From Citrobacter telavivensis (GTDB taxonomy: Bacteria; Pseudomonadota; Gammaproteobacteria; Enterobacterales; Enterobacteriaceae), in assembly GCA_009363175.1 (NCBI GenBank), contig CP045205.1:856549-920548 (forward strand): a DNA stretch of 64,000 nt, read 5' to 3'. This document shows, piece after piece, positions 21,371-31,138 of the stretch. The notes beneath the pieces were generated by a model. It ran no database searches. It was not told the origin of the DNA and was given only the letters and a program-made list of their open reading frames with translations. Every line of letters begins with the position of its first letter. Positions within the stretch are counted from its first letter, which is position 1. The position numbers and the translations under genes were made by a program.

Positions 21371-21838
21371 CTGTAGACTCCTGCACATTTGTGCAAATCA
21401 CGAACCAGCCTTCTTGATCTGATATAACCTCATAAAAGCGGGAGTTCAAAGCAATTTTCTCTTCTTTCCACGTCCTGTACTGGCGGTTTATATTGCACAT
21501 ATGATGTGCGGGTCGATCGTTGTTGGCACAGATGTGCAAGTAATCCTAATGTCTTGATTCTGCTGATTTTCATTCAACAAAATTGCAGGCTAAGATCGGC
21601 GACACTTTTGTGTCGAAAGGTGTGGCGGATCACAAATAGTGCAGAGGCCATTCTGCACGATTATTTTTTATCGCCAGCAAGGTAGGGTATATTCCGCATT
21701 TATTACACAAAGCATTCAGGCTGTATCAAGGCGGCAAGGGAGCGAATCCTCTGGAGCATAGATAACTATGTGACTGAGGTGAGTGCGGGCAGCCAACGCA
21801 GAGACAGCCTGAAGGATAAAGTGTACAAAGGAGAAATT

Positions 21839-22717
21839 ATGCTGCCCGACTCATCATCCATTCGACTCAACAAATACATCAGTGAAAGCGGAATCTGCTC
21901 GCGTCGCGAAGCCGATCGCTTCATCGAGCAAGGAAACGTCTTCATCAATGGCAAACGCGCCACCATTGGCGACCAGGTGATGCCTGGCGACGTCGTGAAG
22001 GTGAATGGTCGGTTGATTGAGCCGCGTGAAGCGGAAGATTTGGTCTTTATCGCACTGAATAAGCCGGTAGGGATCGTGAGCACCACTGAAGACAGCGAAC
22101 GCGACAATATTGTTGATTTCGTTAACCACAGCAAGCGCGTGTTTCCGATTGGCCGTCTGGATAAAGACTCCCAGGGACTGATCTTTCTGACCAACCACGG
22201 CGATCTGGTGAATAAGATCCTGCGTGCCGGTAACGATCACGAAAAAGAGTATCTGGTCACGGTCGACAAACCGGTTACGGATGAATTTATTCGTGGGATG
22301 AGTGCGGGCGTGCCGATTCTGGGCACCGTCACCAAAAAGTGTAAGGTGAAGAAAGAGGCGCCGTTTGTATTCCGCATTACTCTAATCCAGGGGCTGAACC
22401 GTCAGATCCGGCGCATGTGCGAACATTTCGGTTATGAGGTGACGAAGCTTGAACGTACGCGCATCATGAACGTTAGCCTCTCCGGTCTGCCGCTGGGTGA
22501 ATGGCGTGACCTGACGGATGATGAGCTAATTACGCTGTTTAAGCTTATCGAAAATTCCACTTCGGAAGCAAAACCGAAGGCGAAAGCGAAGCCGAAAACG
22601 GCGGGAATCAAGCGCCCGGTGGTGAAAATCGAAAAGACGGCGGAGAAAGAAAAATCACGCCCGGCGGCAAACGGTAAACGCTTTACCTCGCCGGGGCGTA
22701 AGAAGAAAGGGCGTTAA
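21839..22717 (+). CDS. rluF: 23S rRNA pseudouridine synthase RluF
   Basis: [41 protein letters not shown] has an S4 domain and RsuA-family catalytic core. The C-terminal tail is Lys-rich. An AAGGAG ribosome-binding site is present. Confidence 0.9.
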   Translation: MLPDSSSIRLNKYISESGICSRREADRFIEQGNVFINGKRATIGDQVMPGDVVKVNGRLIEPREAEDLVFIALNKPVGIVSTTEDSERDNIVDFVNHSKRVFPIGRLDKDSQGLIFLTNHGDLVNKILRAGNDHEKEYLVTVDKPVTDEFIRGMSAGVPILGTVTKKCKVKKEAPFVFRITLIQGLNRQIRRMCEHFGYEVTKLERTRIMNVSLSGLPLGEWRDLTDDELITLFKLIENSTSEAKPKAKAKPKTAGIKRPVVKIEKTAEKEKSRPAANGKRFTSPGRKKKGR

Positions 22718-22986
22718 CGTCTGCCGCGCGTTGGCGTATTCGCGGACCAGGAAAAAGAGGCCTCCGCATCCGGTTTATAAGCCTGCTTTTTCTTCAACTG
22801 ACGGGCTTTTTTTGCCTCGGCTTCGCGCAAGACCATCAGCTTATCAATGTACTCTTTCTTCACGCTGTTGGTTTCTGCGTTGGTCAACTGACGACCATGC
22901 GCGATACGGGCGCGATCAAGCAGCGTTTTCAGTTCGCGCTGTTCGCGCTCGGTCATCTCTTTTTGGGTAATGCGGGGGAGTGCCAT
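22714..22986 (-). CDS. yjbD: YjbD (DUF3811 family) small protein. Its 3' end overlaps the rluF 3' end by 4 nt (convergent).
   Basis: [52 protein letters not shown]... Confidence 0.8.
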   Translation of the reverse strand: MALPRITQKEMTEREQRELKTLLDRARIAHGRQLTNAETNSVKKEYIDKLMVLREAEAKKARQLKKKQAYKPDAEASFSWSANTPTRGRR

Positions 22987-23049
22987 ACGGGTGCCCTCTG
23001 TCTGCCAGGTGATTTCAGTGTACGGCAATACGCCACGGGCGGATAGCGC

Positions 23050-23808
23050 TCAGTCAGCAATACGCAGTTTTCCTGCGAAATCCTGCTGTGTATAACCCGT
23101 TGTTTTAAATCCCTTATCCGTAATGACGTGATCAATCTCTTTGAGCGTGGCGATACACATCACGCCGTCCTGACCAAATTTAGTATGGTCGGCGAGAATC
23201 ACGGATTTTTTACTCATTGCAATCATCGCTTTGGCAACGTAAGCCTCATCAAAGCTCTTCACGAGTATGCCATGCTGCGGTGAAATGCCGCCCGCACCGA
23301 TAAAGCAGATATCGGCGTGAATCGCGTTAATCTGCTGGCATACCGAGACGCCCAGATTGGCGCGGAAATGGTAATCATATTCGCCGCCTAAGACATAGAC
23401 ACGCGCCTGGAGATTATGCTCTTTTATTTTATCGGCAATTAAGGCGGAATTGGTAATAACGGAAAATGCGAAAGGAGGTAAGTGTTCGGCAAGAATAAGA
23501 TTCGTGGTACATGAATCAATAAACAGCGTATCGCGCTCGCTGACCATTCCCGCGGCGACTTTGCCAATTGCCATTTTTTCTTCACGATGCGCATCTATTC
23601 TTGCGCCAAATGCATCTTCCTGGACAACCTGTTTTTTGACTGCACCACCGTGAATTTTGGTGATCTGACCTTCAGACTCCAGTAAAGAGAGATCGCGGCG
23701 AATGGTTTCTGAGGTCACATTTAGCGTTTCTGATAATTTAATAACGGTCACTTCACCGAATTTGTTTAATTCATCAAGAATATGTTTTCTTCTTTTAATC
23801 GGGTTCAT
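23050..23808 (-). CDS. DeoR-family transcription regulator (HTH plus sugar-phosphate-binding domain)
   Basis: MNPIKRRKHILDELNKFGEVTVIKLSETLNVTSETIRRDLSLLESEGQITKIHGGA. Confidence 0.85.
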   Translation of the reverse strand: MNPIKRRKHILDELNKFGEVTVIKLSETLNVTSETIRRDLSLLESEGQITKIHGGAVKKQVVQEDAFGARIDAHREEKMAIGKVAAGMVSERDTLFIDSCTTNLILAEHLPPFAFSVITNSALIADKIKEHNLQARVYVLGGEYDYHFRANLGVSVCQQINAIHADICFIGAGGISPQHGILVKSFDEAYVAKAMIAMSKKSVILADHTKFGQDGVMCIATLKEIDHVITDKGFKTTGYTQQDFAGKLRIAD

Positions 23809-24658
23809 TATTTTCCGCCTGGGCCGAGCTTTGCCGCATGGTAACTGGATGCGCAGAGCAACGCAACCACTCCAGCGCACAGACGATACCCTCATCATCA
23901 TTCGTGGTTGTCACATAGCGGGCCTGACGTTTCACACTCTCTGGTGCGTTGCCCATCGCGATGCCGAACCCGGCAACGGCAAACATACTGACGTCGTTCT
24001 GCTGATCGCCAATGGCGGCAATCTCTGCGGTAGGTCGATTTAATTGCCGGGCGATTTCATTTATCGCATAGCCTTTATTAATCTCGCTACGTTGAATATC
24101 AATATAATTGCCGCCAGTGATCGTCGCCTTATAGTCATCAGGCAGCAGGCTGTTTATTTTCAGGCACAGATCGTCGATTCTGTCGTGTTCTGCCACCAGC
24201 GTGATTTTAAATATATCGCGACGATTAAAGATATTCCCTGGTGCGGCGTTAATAAGTGGTAACTCAAATAAGCTGGCCTCATACGATGTCCACGGAGCGA
24301 TAAGGCGATCGTAACGGTGATAAATTGCCTGTGGAGTAAAAAAATGGTGAGGATAGCGGGACAGCGAAATATGCCGGTCAATATCTCTGAGATCCATTTG
24401 GGTGAGCGCGGCAGAATGCAAAATGCGCTGCTGCGCCGTTTCAAGAATTTGCCCGCCGTTGAAGCCGGCGCACCAGCCAAACAGCGTCTCAACCTGCTGC
24501 TGTTGTAACAGGCGCGCCATGGAGGAGACCGGTCTGGCGGAACAGGCGGCCAGCAGACCGCCGTGCTGGCGAAATTCAACCAGCGCCTGACGCGTACGTG
24601 AACTGATGGTCTTCTGCGACGTCAGTAATGTTCCATCCAGATCGGTAACCAGTAGCAT
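23795..24658 (-). CDS. Cof-type HAD-IIB sugar-phosphate phosphatase
   Basis: MLLVTDLDGTLL (motif I), ...GDQQNDVSMF... (motif IV). Confidence 0.85.
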   Translation of the reverse strand: MLLVTDLDGTLLTSQKTISSRTRQALVEFRQHGGLLAACSARPVSSMARLLQQQQVETLFGWCAGFNGGQILETAQQRILHSAALTQMDLRDIDRHISLSRYPHHFFTPQAIYHRYDRLIAPWTSYEASLFELPLINAAPGNIFNRRDIFKITLVAEHDRIDDLCLKINSLLPDDYKATITGGNYIDIQRSEINKGYAINEIARQLNRPTAEIAAIGDQQNDVSMFAVAGFGIAMGNAPESVKRQARYVTTTNDDEGIVCALEWLRCSAHPVTMRQSSAQAENNEPD

Positions 24659-24673
24659 TATTGTTCTCTGTGG

Positions 24674-25540
24674 TTATGCGTGCGCAATAAAGGGGGCTAC
24701 GGCCTCTTTAGCGGCATTGCAAACCATATTGTCGATTGCCGTGCCGACGACCAGAATATTGACCCCGGTGTCCTTAAACGCTTTGGCATTGGCGAGGTTA
24801 ATTCCGCCTTCTGCCAGCGTCGGGACGTCCACCGCGCTAACCAGCGCCCGAAGACGGTCTTTAATCATCTGCGGGATATCGCCTGCCGCCACGCCCTCAT
24901 AGCTCATCCCGGTCATCAGGCCGATCATATCGACCCCCATCTCCTGCATGCGCTTCGCCACGCTGGCGACCTCTTCCGGGGTGCGTGCCGGAATGCCGAA
25001 GGTATGCAGGTCATCCGGATGACCAATGTAGGCGTCAACGGTCAGGCCATATTCATGGGCGAGGTTGACGATGTCCTGCAGGTCGTCCCAGTCAGATTTG
25101 TGGGTGTGTAAACCGTCGGCCCCGGCGCGGGCAATCTCCAGAATCTCCGTTTCACTGAGCGGCACGGGCAGCGTTTCGGTAAACCCGCCCGCAATACCCA
25201 CGGTGATGAAGATGTCGTCCGGCACCACATTACGCACACCGTGTACCGCTTCTGCCATCTGACCGTTGGTGATTTCGTGGCGGATTTGCTCCGCAGCGTG
25301 CATGTTGCTCACCCCCTTGTGTCCGCGAGCCAACGCCAGTGCCGGATGGTTGGGCTCCAGCAGTTTCACGCCTGCTTCACACACCGCTTTCGCCAGGCGC
25401 GCATCGTCGCCGGTGATCCCCGTACTGAGGATGGTTTGCCCGCCGTGCAACGCGATGGCATCTTTCACTTTCTGTAACGCTTTGGCGCGTTTTTTATTCA
25501 TATCGCCTTTAAACATGGTGTACCTCTGGTGTTGGTGCAT
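24674..25540 (-). CDS. Probable TIM-barrel enzyme (aldolase / epimerase-like). I cannot assign a family. The start may be the downstream MFKGD codon.
   Basis: Alternating beta/alpha pattern. Late motifs ...DMIGLMTGMSYEG... and EGGINLANAKAFKDTGVNILVVGTAI resemble the phosphate-binding end of (beta/alpha)8 enzymes such as Eda/NanE. Confidence 0.45.
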   Translation of the reverse strand: MHQHQRYTMFKGDMNKKRAKALQKVKDAIALHGGQTILSTGITGDDARLAKAVCEAGVKLLEPNHPALALARGHKGVSNMHAAEQIRHEITNGQMAEAVHGVRNVVPDDIFITVGIAGGFTETLPVPLSETEILEIARAGADGLHTHKSDWDDLQDIVNLAHEYGLTVDAYIGHPDDLHTFGIPARTPEEVASVAKRMQEMGVDMIGLMTGMSYEGVAAGDIPQMIKDRLRALVSAVDVPTLAEGGINLANAKAFKDTGVNILVVGTAIDNMVCNAAKEAVAPFIAHA

Positions 25541-25543
25541 TAA

Positions 25544-27130
25544 TTAACGGGCAGACGGCACAGATTCACTCTGTACGACAGCCTTAAAACGGTTCGCAAC
25601 GATGGTGGTAATGCAGGTCATGATCATGACGGTGGCCATCACGATAGCCATCTGCAGCGCATTGCTGGATAAGAACGGTGAGGCGAAAGCCGGAACGTAG
25701 GCCACCCCTTTGACGTTAAAGAAGCCGAGCATCATGCCGCCCATTCCTGCCCAGAAAATGGCGGAGCCAAAGACGATTTTGTTGGCGAACATGAAGGGGT
25801 AGGCGGATTCCACGAAGGTCCCGAAGCCCAGGTTGATAAGCAGTCCTGGTGTGGCAACGGCCGCTTCGCTTTTTTCGCGTGGCGCGATGACGTTGGCCAG
25901 GTTGATACCGGCTGCGACCATGACCAGCCCGACCATGTCCACTGCACCGAGGAAGCTGACGCCGGATTTTTCCATCTCCAGCAGCACCAGTGGCAGGATG
26001 ACCGCGTGATAGACGCCACCCAGAATGGCAGGCCAGATAACCAGACCGGCCAGCAGCCCGGCAAGAATCGGACTAAATGCCAGCGTGCTTTCGATAGCCA
26101 GTTTGATGTAGTTACCCGCGGAGAGCGCCAGTGGGCTCAACAGATAGTGCATGATCAAGCCGGCAGCCAGGCCCGAAATACCGCCAGCAACGATGTTGAC
26201 GGTGGTCATCGGGAAGCGCCAGTTCAGGCACAGTTCAAACAACCAGCGCACAAAAATCCCGGCCATCACGCCGCCAATAATCCCGCCGATCAGGCCGCCT
26301 TCAACAGAAAGCACCCCGGCGACGACCCCGGCCACAATAGAAACTTCATCAAGTTCGGAAATCTGTTTTGCCGCCAGCACAGCAACCAGCACCGGCAGCC
26401 CTTTCAGCAGGATTTCAAAGATATCGTTGAGTTTTTCCAGCCCGGGAATGTGGCTCAGGGCGAGTACGATCGCCATCGCGATAAAGCCCGGTAGCGCTGG
26501 AATCATGATGCTGCGAATGTTAAAGCGCTTGAGCAGGCTCTTTCCGGAACCGCCCTGTGAAGGTGACGCGCTGCCCAACTGGGGTTTGTACTTGATGCCC
26601 CAGTATTTACACAGCGAAGCCACGAAGGAGACCGCGCGGGTGCGGCTGGTGGTGCCGGTTGTGCCTGAAGTCGCGACCACATTGGCGCCTTTTGCGGCGA
26701 CCAGTGCCATCGACGTGCCTCCGGTGCCGACGATAGGGGTTTTCATCTCCACGGCGGCATCAAAAACGGCCTGGTTTGCTTTTACCGGATCGGCGCTCAT
26801 CACGACGATCCCGTCGATCTCACCACGGCGGATCATTCCGGCTATCCGACTATCGCTCTCGACGACGGAGGCATTCACCTCAGAGAGTTTGCCCTGGAAG
26901 ATGCGTTGTGGTTTTGTTTGGTTTTCTGTGGTTAATGCATAGACGGAGGCGGGGGTGTCAGGTTTAGCGACATCCATCGAGGCATCTGCCGCGATGAACT
27001 GCACGGCGGCGACATCCACACCTGCGGCTTCGCACTGCTGATAAATCTCCTGGAGTAACTTTTCTGGCTCGGCGCCACCCAGGTTGTAGAGGTTGCCTCC
27101 ACTGCTTCCAATAATCGCAATTTTTTTCAT
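25544..27130 (-). CDS. 528-aa fusion-like membrane protein: a ~200-aa N-terminal soluble domain followed by a Gly-rich polytopic membrane domain. Putative transporter or permease.
   Basis: Good coding potential. The membrane segments are rich in GxxxG (GVVAGVLSVEGGLIGGIIGGVMAGIF). Confidence 0.6.
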   Translation of the reverse strand: MKKIAIIGSSGGNLYNLGGAEPEKLLQEIYQQCEAAGVDVAAVQFIAADASMDVAKPDTPASVYALTTENQTKPQRIFQGKLSEVNASVVESDSRIAGMIRRGEIDGIVVMSADPVKANQAVFDAAVEMKTPIVGTGGTSMALVAAKGANVVATSGTTGTTSRTRAVSFVASLCKYWGIKYKPQLGSASPSQGGSGKSLLKRFNIRSIMIPALPGFIAMAIVLALSHIPGLEKLNDIFEILLKGLPVLVAVLAAKQISELDEVSIVAGVVAGVLSVEGGLIGGIIGGVMAGIFVRWLFELCLNWRFPMTTVNIVAGGISGLAAGLIMHYLLSPLALSAGNYIKLAIESTLAFSPILAGLLAGLVIWPAILGGVYHAVILPLVLLEMEKSGVSFLGAVDMVGLVMVAAGINLANVIAPREKSEAAVATPGLLINLGFGTFVESAYPFMFANKIVFGSAIFWAGMGGMMLGFFNVKGVAYVPAFASPFLSSNALQMAIVMATVMIMTCITTIVANRFKAVVQSESVPSAR

Positions 27131-27501
27131 AGCGGCCTCAAAGGTAGGGTAAGGGGTTATCTGTGTTGTAGTGGAATCATATTCCCAATCAAAACAAAAT
27201 AAAGCAACATGAAAAGATCGATGACAATAACCGATGAGACAATGTGACTGGCTTAATTTTATGAAAATTCAGGGGTTACGTTGTTTTTTGTTTTATGTTG
27301 TTATTTGTTGTTTTGTGATGCACTTCAAATACTGTACCGGGAGTTGAAGTACCAAAAGAAGGAATAACCTGGAAAGCGCCTCGCAGATTATGCCTTTCTG
27401 AAGTGACGATATGTCTTGCCTGAATTAGTTTACCCGAGCAGGGATGGTGCGCTTGTATTTTACTCAACAAATGCGTATAAAATTTTATACAAGGATGCGA
27501 T

Positions 27502-27857
27502 ATGCTGCTAAACAAGCAGGTACTTAGATCTGTTGCCTGGGTCGGGCATTCTTTCGAAGACTGCGCGATTTCCCGCCAGAGGTACGTAAAGATGCCGGTT
27601 ACCCACTACATCGTGTCCAGGCGGGATTAGAGGCTGCTGACTGGAAACCGATGCCTGAGATTGGGCGTGGTGTTGAAGAGCTCCGATTACGTAATGAAGC
27701 TGGAGCATACCGGATTATCTACCTTGCCCGCTTTGAGGATACCGTCTATGTGCTGCACTGTTTCAGTAAGAAAACGCAGCGGACTTCCGGGCAGGATAAA
27801 CACATTGCGCAGGTTCGCTTTCAGGCGGTCTGTCAGGAACACAGGAGGCGTCAATGA
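27502..27857 (+). pseudogene. Gp49/HigB-like (RelE/ParE superfamily) toxin gene, broken by a 1-nt deletion at about 27560
   Basis: Frame A reads MLLNKQVLRSVAWVGHSFED and then stops. Frame B continues LRDFPPEVRKDAGYPLHRVQAGLEAADWKPMPEIGRGVEELRLRNEAGAYRIIYLARFEDTVYVLHCFSKKTQRTSGQD. Together they make a typical DUF891 toxin. Confidence 0.7.
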
Positions 27858-28192
27858 GCCACGAAGTGGATACTAAAATTCGTCATGTCACTTCTGCACA
27901 GGCGAATATTTTTGCTGAACCAGGCTTTGATGACGCAGAAGCCAAACACCTTCAACAAGACGCAGAACGTGAAGTGGAACAACTCATCCGTCTCAAACAA
28001 CAGCTTATGCAGGAAATCGCTGTCTGGATTGAAGAAAATCACATGAAACAATCAGAGGCGGCGGTGAGATTAAATATCTCGCGGCCCCGCGTTTCCGATG
28101 TCGTTAACCAGAAAGCGAGCAAATTTACCCTGGATGCATTGGTCATGATGCTGATGAAGTTAGGAATACCGGTGACGGTGCAGGTAGGTTAG
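27854..28192 (+). CDS. XRE-family HTH antitoxin (HigA-like), partner of the broken toxin. Its start overlaps the toxin stop.
   Basis: ...HMKQSEAAVRLNISRPRVSDVVNQKASKFTLDALVMMLMKLGIPVTVQV is a C-terminal HTH of the addiction-module antidote type. Confidence 0.75.
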   Translation: MSHEVDTKIRHVTSAQANIFAEPGFDDAEAKHLQQDAEREVEQLIRLKQQLMQEIAVWIEENHMKQSEAAVRLNISRPRVSDVVNQKASKFTLDALVMMLMKLGIPVTVQVG

Positions 28193-28224
28193 GCCCGGTT
28201 TTTCGTCATATCGGGCCTGTGCCT

Positions 28225-29166
28225 TTAACTTTCTTTAACCGTATTCCGTTGCGGCTTATCAATCGGTTTACCGGACCAGTAGCCGGCCAGCAGGGAACCG
28301 GAAAGGTTGTGCCAGACGGAGAACAGTGCGCCAGGCAGCGCAGCGAGCGGTCCGAAGTAAATTTTACCCAGCGCGGCGGCGAGGCCTGAGTTTTGCATTC
28401 CAACCTCGATTGCCAGCGTGCGGCAGGTTGACTCGTCAAAGCCAAACAGACGTCCCCCCCAGTAACCGCCGAGCAGGCCGATAGTGTTGTGCAGGATCAC
28501 GGCGATAATCACCACGAAGCCGACGGACGCGATATGCGCCGCGGAACCCGCGACCACCGCGCTGATGATTGCCAGAATGCAGACCATCGAAAACGCAGGC
28601 AGGTAAGGCTCAACTGCCTTCACCACGCGCGGGAACAGGTGGTGGATCACCAGGCCCAGGGCAATCGGGATCACCACAATCTGCAAAATACTGAGCAGCA
28701 TGCCCATCACATCAACCTGAATATGCGCATCGACATACATACGTGTTAGCAGCGGCGTGGCGACCACGCCCACCAGGGTGGAAACGGATGAGATCGTCAC
28801 CGAGAGCGCCACATCCCCTTTCGCCAGATAGATCATGACGTTAGATGCCGTGCCGCTGGCCACGCTACCGACCAGTACCATCCCGGCAGAGAGTTCCGGC
28901 GGCATGTTAAACGCCAGCGCCAGTATCCATGCCGCGAGCGGCATCACCAGATAGTGCAGGAAGATCCCGGCCGCAACCGGCGCAGGGCGCGAAAGCACGC
29001 GTTTGAAATCATCCACTTTCAGATGAACGCCCATACCGAACATGATCAGCATCAGCAGTGTCGTCACCCACGGGCCGACAGGCGTAAAGGTGGTTGGCGT
29101 GTAATACGCAATAACAGAGAGCAGCAGCGCCCATAACGGGAACAGCCTGGTGAGAGTGGCGAGCAT
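28225..29166 (-). CDS. Bile acid:sodium symporter (BASS) family transporter
   Basis: 313-aa protein with 9-10 TM helices and the typical BASS length and pattern (...[26 protein letters not shown]...). Confidence 0.8.
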   Translation of the reverse strand: MLATLTRLFPLWALLLSVIAYYTPTTFTPVGPWVTTLLMLIMFGMGVHLKVDDFKRVLSRPAPVAAGIFLHYLVMPLAAWILALAFNMPPELSAGMVLVGSVASGTASNVMIYLAKGDVALSVTISSVSTLVGVVATPLLTRMYVDAHIQVDVMGMLLSILQIVVIPIALGLVIHHLFPRVVKAVEPYLPAFSMVCILAIISAVVAGSAAHIASVGFVVIIAVILHNTIGLLGGYWGGRLFGFDESTCRTLAIEVGMQNSGLAAALGKIYFGPLAALPGALFSVWHNLSGSLLAGYWSGKPIDKPQRNTVKES

Positions 29167-29284
29167 GTTGTTTTCCTTGCACGTATGTTGTGTTTGCTTG
29201 TTATTAACCGGTTGGGATCGAGCCCAACCATAGTTAGTTTTTATCGTGTGAAGGAATATTATTCAAACAAATTATACACTTTAT

Positions 29285-29392
29285 CCTTCAAGCTGCCTCA
29301 GCGTTGGCTGTCTTCGTTCACCCCTGTCACTTACTTATGTAAGCTCCAGGGGATTCTCTCAGTTGCCGCCTTGATGCAACTCGAATGATTTT
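29285..29392. repeat. ERIC/IRU element (copy 1), directly downstream of rtcR
   Basis: The minus strand reads ...GAGAATCCCCTGGAGCTTACATAAGTAAGTGACAGGGGTGAACG..., the conserved ERIC core. A paralogous copy lies at 62422-62525. Confidence 0.8.
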
Positions 29393-29402
29393 GTGTATAT
29401 GC

Positions 29403-30983
29403 TCATGTTCTGACTTTGAGATTTTCCCAGCTCAGGCCGAACCGTGCGAGGTACTTACGCAGACGGTCGGCATCGTTGGGATTGGCTTTCTTCTGTCGGG
29501 AGACGGCGAAGAGTTCACGTCCGGCTTCGGACAACGATGCGCTGCGTCGGCATACCTCGAGCACCGTTTCCAGTTGGCGGCGGTCAAAGAGGTCGAGTTC
29601 CATCTCTCGTTCCGGTTGCAACGCCGTCTCCCCCCAACTCTCCTGCAAAAGCGCGATCTCTTCTTCGACGAGGGCGGGCGTAATACGCCCTTGCTCAGCC
29701 AGCGTTGCCATTCGCGCGACGGAGGAGCTCAGCTCGCGGAAATTGCCGCGCCACTGCGCCTGGGGCGAACAGGCAAACGCCAGATAGCGTTCGCGCGCCT
29801 CTTTATCAAAGCGGATCTGATTCTGTCGACTGCGGGAGAAACGTTGCAACTCATACTCAACGTTAGGGGCAATGTCTTCACGCCGCTGGGCAAGGCCGGG
29901 CAAGGCAAAGCGCCACATGTTAATACGTGCGTAGAGATCTTCGCGAAAACGCCCTTCGGCGACCCACTGTGGCATATCGCGATGGGTGCCGGCAATCAAC
30001 TGGAAGTCGCTGTGCACCTCTTTATCTGAGCCAAACGGGAAGAAGGTTTTCTCCTCGATCGCTTTCAGCAGCATGGCCTGTTCGTCCAGCCCCAGTTCAG
30101 CGATTTCATCCAGAAACAGCACCCCGCCGTCGGCTTCGCGTAACAGTCCGGTTCGCGATGACAGGGCACCTGTAAACGCGCCTTTCACATGTCCAAACAG
30201 CGTCGACATAGCGTTATCGCCGCGCAGGGTAGCGCAGTTAACCGCTACCAGTTTTCCACCCACCAGATGTCGCGACTGGCGAAGCTGGAAAATCCGTTTG
30301 GCGAGGAAGGATTTCCCCGCGCCGGTCGGGCCGGTGAGCAGGATAGGATCGCCTGAGCGCAAGGCCACGCGCTCAATGCGGTCAATCAGTTTGTTGAAGG
30401 TAGCATTGCGCGTCTCGATACCGGCTTTGAGGAAGGAGACCGACTGCTGCTGCTCACGCTGAAAGCGACTGGTGAGCGTGGCATAGCGGCTTAAATCGAG
30501 ATCGATAACCGAACAGGTGCCAGCGGCAACGTCCTCCGGTGGAGCGCCCTTCGGCGCGGGGCCGGTTTGCAGCAGGCTGGCGGGCAGATAGCGGGCTTCC
30601 GTCAACAGGAACCAGCAAATTTGTGCCACGTGAGTGCCGGTGGTGATGTGCACCAGATACTCTTCGTTCTCGGTATCGAAGGTGTAGTGCGTGGCAAAGT
30701 CGAGGAACGCGGCATAGACCTCTTCGAAATCCCACGGATCGGCAATGGTGATCGCATGCGGGCGGACCTGGGTATGTGGGGAGAGCAGGTTGATATCCTC
30801 CGCCAGTTGCTGACACATCCCGGCATCGCGTGGCTGGTGGATAAGCTCCAGTCGATCGACCGGGAAATCCGGCTGTTGACACAGTCCGACCGTTGGTCGC
30901 CATTTCTTGAGCCGGTTTGCCCGCTTGCCGCGTTTATCCAGCACCGTGCCCAGCACGCCAATCACCACCCGCCGCTTTTTCAT
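29403..30983 (-). CDS. rtcR: RtcR: sigma-54-dependent activator with an N-terminal CARF-like sensor domain, an AAA+ (GAFTGA) domain and a C-terminal HTH
   Basis: 526 aa. MKKRRVVIGVLGTVLDKRG...ITIADPWDFEEVYAAFLDFA (RtcR N-domain), GPTGAGKSFLAKRI, HVKGAFTGA, C-terminal HTH. Divergent from an rtcB operon. Confidence 0.9.
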   Translation of the reverse strand: MKKRRVVIGVLGTVLDKRGKRANRLKKWRPTVGLCQQPDFPVDRLELIHQPRDAGMCQQLAEDINLLSPHTQVRPHAITIADPWDFEEVYAAFLDFATHYTFDTENEEYLVHITTGTHVAQICWFLLTEARYLPASLLQTGPAPKGAPPEDVAAGTCSVIDLDLSRYATLTSRFQREQQQSVSFLKAGIETRNATFNKLIDRIERVALRSGDPILLTGPTGAGKSFLAKRIFQLRQSRHLVGGKLVAVNCATLRGDNAMSTLFGHVKGAFTGALSSRTGLLREADGGVLFLDEIAELGLDEQAMLLKAIEEKTFFPFGSDKEVHSDFQLIAGTHRDMPQWVAEGRFREDLYARINMWRFALPGLAQRREDIAPNVEYELQRFSRSRQNQIRFDKEARERYLAFACSPQAQWRGNFRELSSSVARMATLAEQGRITPALVEEEIALLQESWGETALQPEREMELDLFDRRQLETVLEVCRRSASLSEAGRELFAVSRQKKANPNDADRLRKYLARFGLSWENLKVRT

Positions 30984-31112
30984 GGTTTATCCCAAAAGAT
31001 AAATATCGATATTGAAAGATAAAAAATACGGAAGGCATCTGCAATCACCATTATTGGCGATAAAAATTAATCCATTATTAATCAGATAATTAAAAATTAA
31101 TTTTGTCTTTTT

Positions 31113-31128
31113 TTCGTTCTGGCACGCT
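31113..31128 (+). promoter_or_regulatory. Sigma-54 (-24/-12) promoter driving the SPFH-rtcB-NTase operon
   Basis: TGGCACgcttcTGGCA, one mismatch from TGGCAC-N5-TTGCA. It lies in the rtcR-divergent intergenic region, as in known rtc operons. Confidence 0.7.
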
Positions 31129-31138
31129 TCTGGCAATA

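Noticed and set aside
21640-21675. Hairpin gtgcag-aggccatt-ctgcac followed by a T-run upstream of rluF, a possible attenuator or terminator
   Set aside because: The stem is only 6 bp and the T-run is separated by 5 nt. No upstream gene on this strand needs termination here. There is not enough evidence.
29167-29400. Possible sRNA between the BASS gene and rtcR
   Set aside because: The region is explained by an ERIC/IRU repeat copy.
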